Source of the DNA: Candidatus Omnitrophota bacterium
Lineage (GTDB): Bacteria > Omnitrophota > Gorgyraeia > Tantalellales > Tantalellaceae
Assembly: GCA_043822885.1 (NCBI GenBank)
Contig: JBDRBI010000087.1
Span: forward strand, 1 to 45,236
DNA length: 45,236 nt
Direction: 5' to 3'
Part shown: positions 43,906 through 45,236 of the stretch, piece after piece
Layout: each line of letters starts with the position of its first letter
How positions within the stretch are numbered: the stretch's first letter is position 1
Notes under the pieces: generated by a model
What the model was told of the DNA's origin: nothing
Databases searched by the model: none
Seen by the model: the letters and a program-made list of their open reading frames with translations, nothing else
Made by a program: the position numbers and the translations under genes

Positions 43906-44625
43906 TTATTCTTTTGTCTTTTCTTCCGTTTGTTCTTCATTTTTAGTTTCTTCTGCTTTTTCTTTCCTGGGACCGAGTATTTTCTTTTTTGCGTATTTTA
44001 TTATCGTGTAAGACCCGTTTGCTCCGGGTACGGCCCCTTTAACTACAATTGTGTTGTTTTCCGTATTCACGCTGACGATCTCGATATTTTGTACGGTCGT
44101 TATCGCATCGCCCATATGTCCCGGCATCCTTTGCCCTTTAAAAACTCTGGAAGGGAAAGAACTGGCTCCTATAGAACCGGGCGCCCGATGAGACATAGAA
44201 CCATGAGTTTCCTGACCGCCTTTCCACCCGTGTCTTTTCACGCCGCCCTGAAACCCTTTACCTTTTGAACGGGTTGTTATATCAAGAAAATCTCCTTCCT
44301 GAAACATCGCGACCGTTATTTCTTCACCGATCTTGATATCCGCAGTTTTTTCGCATCTTATCTCGCGCACAAACTTTTTTGGTTTTAGTTTGTTCGCCGA
44401 TAAATATGCCCGCTGCGGTTTTTTCAGGCGTTTCTCTTTTGTATCATCAAACCCGATCTGCACCGCTTCATATCCGTCTTTTTTCAAAGATCTGACAATT
44501 TGAACAACACACGGTCCGGCTTCTATAACTGTCACCGGTACAGATTCGCCGTCTTCTTTAAAGATCCTTGTCATTCCGATTTTTTTTCCCAATATTCCAG
44601 GAATCATATTCATTACCCCATTCAT
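43906..44625 (-). CDS. rplC: 50S ribosomal protein L3 with a Lys/Glu-rich C-terminal tail
   Basis: [13 protein letters not shown]...[14 protein letters not shown]. The true start may be Met7 (44607). The tail is [27 protein letters not shown]. Confidence 0.95.
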   Translation of the reverse strand: MNGVMNMIPGILGKKIGMTRIFKEDGESVPVTVIEAGPCVVQIVRSLKKDGYEAVQIGFDDTKEKRLKKPQRAYLSANKLKPKKFVREIRCEKTADIKIGEEITVAMFQEGDFLDITTRSKGKGFQGGVKRHGWKGGQETHGSMSHRAPGSIGASSFPSRVFKGQRMPGHMGDAITTVQNIEIVSVNTENNTIVVKGAVPGANGSYTIIKYAKKKILGPRKEKAEETKNEEQTEEKTKE

Positions 44626-44636
44626 CTTTTGTAACG

Positions 44637-44963
44637 CTATTGTTTGATCTCAACATCTACACCCGCGGGAAGATCCAATTTACGCAAAGCATCTATCGTC
44701 TTAGCTGTAGGATCTACGATCTCCATGAGCCTCTTATGAGTCTTCAACTCAAATTGCTCACGAGATTTTTTATCAACATGCGGTGACCTTAAAACAGTAT
44801 AAAGCGTGCGTCTAGTAGGCAACGGAACAGGTCCCGTTATCGACGCCCCTGTCTTTTTGACCGTTTCTACTATCTCCTTCATCGACACATCGAGAAGTTT
44901 ATGGTCAAACGACTTAAGACGTAATCTAATTTTTGATGGTTTTCCCTTTTTCGCCATTTTCAT
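44637..44963 (-). CDS. rpsJ: 30S ribosomal protein S10
   Basis: [15 protein letters not shown]...[26 protein letters not shown]. The start may be the third codon (44957), 6 nt after AAGGAA. Confidence 0.96.
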   Translation of the reverse strand: MKMAKKGKPSKIRLRLKSFDHKLLDVSMKEIVETVKKTGASITGPVPLPTRRTLYTVLRSPHVDKKSREQFELKTHKRLMEIVDPTAKTIDALRKLDLPAGVDVEIKQ

Positions 44964-44979
44964 TTCCTTTTATTATTCT

Positions 44980-45084
44980 GTCATTGCGCCTGTCCTCCGA
45001 AGCTTTAGCGGAGGGGGAAGGACCAAAGGCCGAAGCAATCTCTCTATGGGATTGCTTCGGTCGCTATCGCTCCCTCGCAATGAC
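44980..45084. repeat. Inverted pair of GTCATTGCG...GAAGCAATC stem-loop repeat units (tuf-rpsJ spacer)
   Basis: The forward unit is GTCATTGCG-(45 nt insert)-CGAAGCAATCT at 44980-45042. The reverse unit is GATTGCTTCGG-(14 nt)-CTCGCAATGAC at 45050-45084. Confidence 0.8.
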
Positions 45085-45096
45085 GGCATTTGTCTC

Positions 45097-45236
45097 TTAT
45101 TCAATTATCTCCGCTATAACTCCGGCTCCTACAGTGTGTCCGCCTTCTCTTATGGCGAACCTCAGTTCTTTCTCCAACGCTACCGGTGTTATCAATTCTA
45201 TATCAAGAGTCACGTTATCTCCCGGCATTACCATCT
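45097..45236 (-). CDS. tuf: Elongation factor Tu, C-terminal 46 codons only (5' end outside the window)
   Basis: Hand translation gives ...[45 protein letters not shown]-stop, the canonical EF-Tu domain 3 ending. Confidence 0.9.
   Translation of the reverse strand, partial: MVMPGDNVTLDIELITPVALEKELRFAIREGGHTVGAGVIAEIIE

Noticed and set aside
37983-45084. The recurring GTCATTGCGAG...GAAGCAATCT units might be a CRISPR array.
   Set aside because: The units are scattered across separate intergenic spacers of an operon, occur in both orientations, and have variable internal inserts rather than constant repeats with unique spacers. No cas genes are present.

Overview
All supportable genes in this 45.2 kb low-GC bacterial window lie on the minus strand. 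Reading in the direction of transcription (high to low coordinates), there are four blocks. (1) 45236-28474 holds the 3' end of tuf and a complete S10-spc-alpha ribosomal superoperon (rpsJ to rplQ, including secY, adk, map, infA, rpmJ, rpoA). No L30 gene is present, and the intergenic spacers are unusually long and repeat-filled. (2) 28360-22456 holds mutS, mutL, nth and a secreted SNase-like nuclease. (3) 22094-13627 holds aspartate aminotransferase, archaeal-type leuCD, lipB, a stand-alone lipoyl domain, a second aminotransferase, and a four-gene glycolipid / polyprenyl-phosphate-sugar operon. (4) 13420 to base 1 is one uninterrupted reverse-strand reading frame of at least 4473 codons. The ORF track omits it, apparently because its stop codon lies beyond the window. 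It encodes a giant signal-peptide-bearing protein. Its parts, in order, are degenerate YD/RHS-like repeats, a duplicated bipartite beta-rich module, and a 1.79 kb tandem duplication (glycine-rich solenoid-like region plus beta-sandwich). These are followed by a coiled coil, a DUF4214-like motif, a C39-like papain-fold domain without the expected Cys, and a long hydrophobic Gly/Ser-rich helical-repeat region. It ends in a possible alpha/beta-hydrolase-like C-terminus. This giant gene is my best candidate for the undescribed system. The second notable layer is non-coding. Intergenic spacers, even inside the ribosomal operon, are built from three elements: locus-specific heptanucleotide tandem repeats that usually carry a sense-strand stop codon, a GTCATTGCGAG...GAAGCAATCT stem-loop repeat family, and an oriented ATTGACCGATG motif. 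Taxonomy cannot be established here. A giant ORF, absent L30 and these repeats suggest an uncultivated lineage (giant ORFs have been described in phyla such as Omnitrophota), but that is speculation. All domain names come from motif recognition by eye, not from searches.
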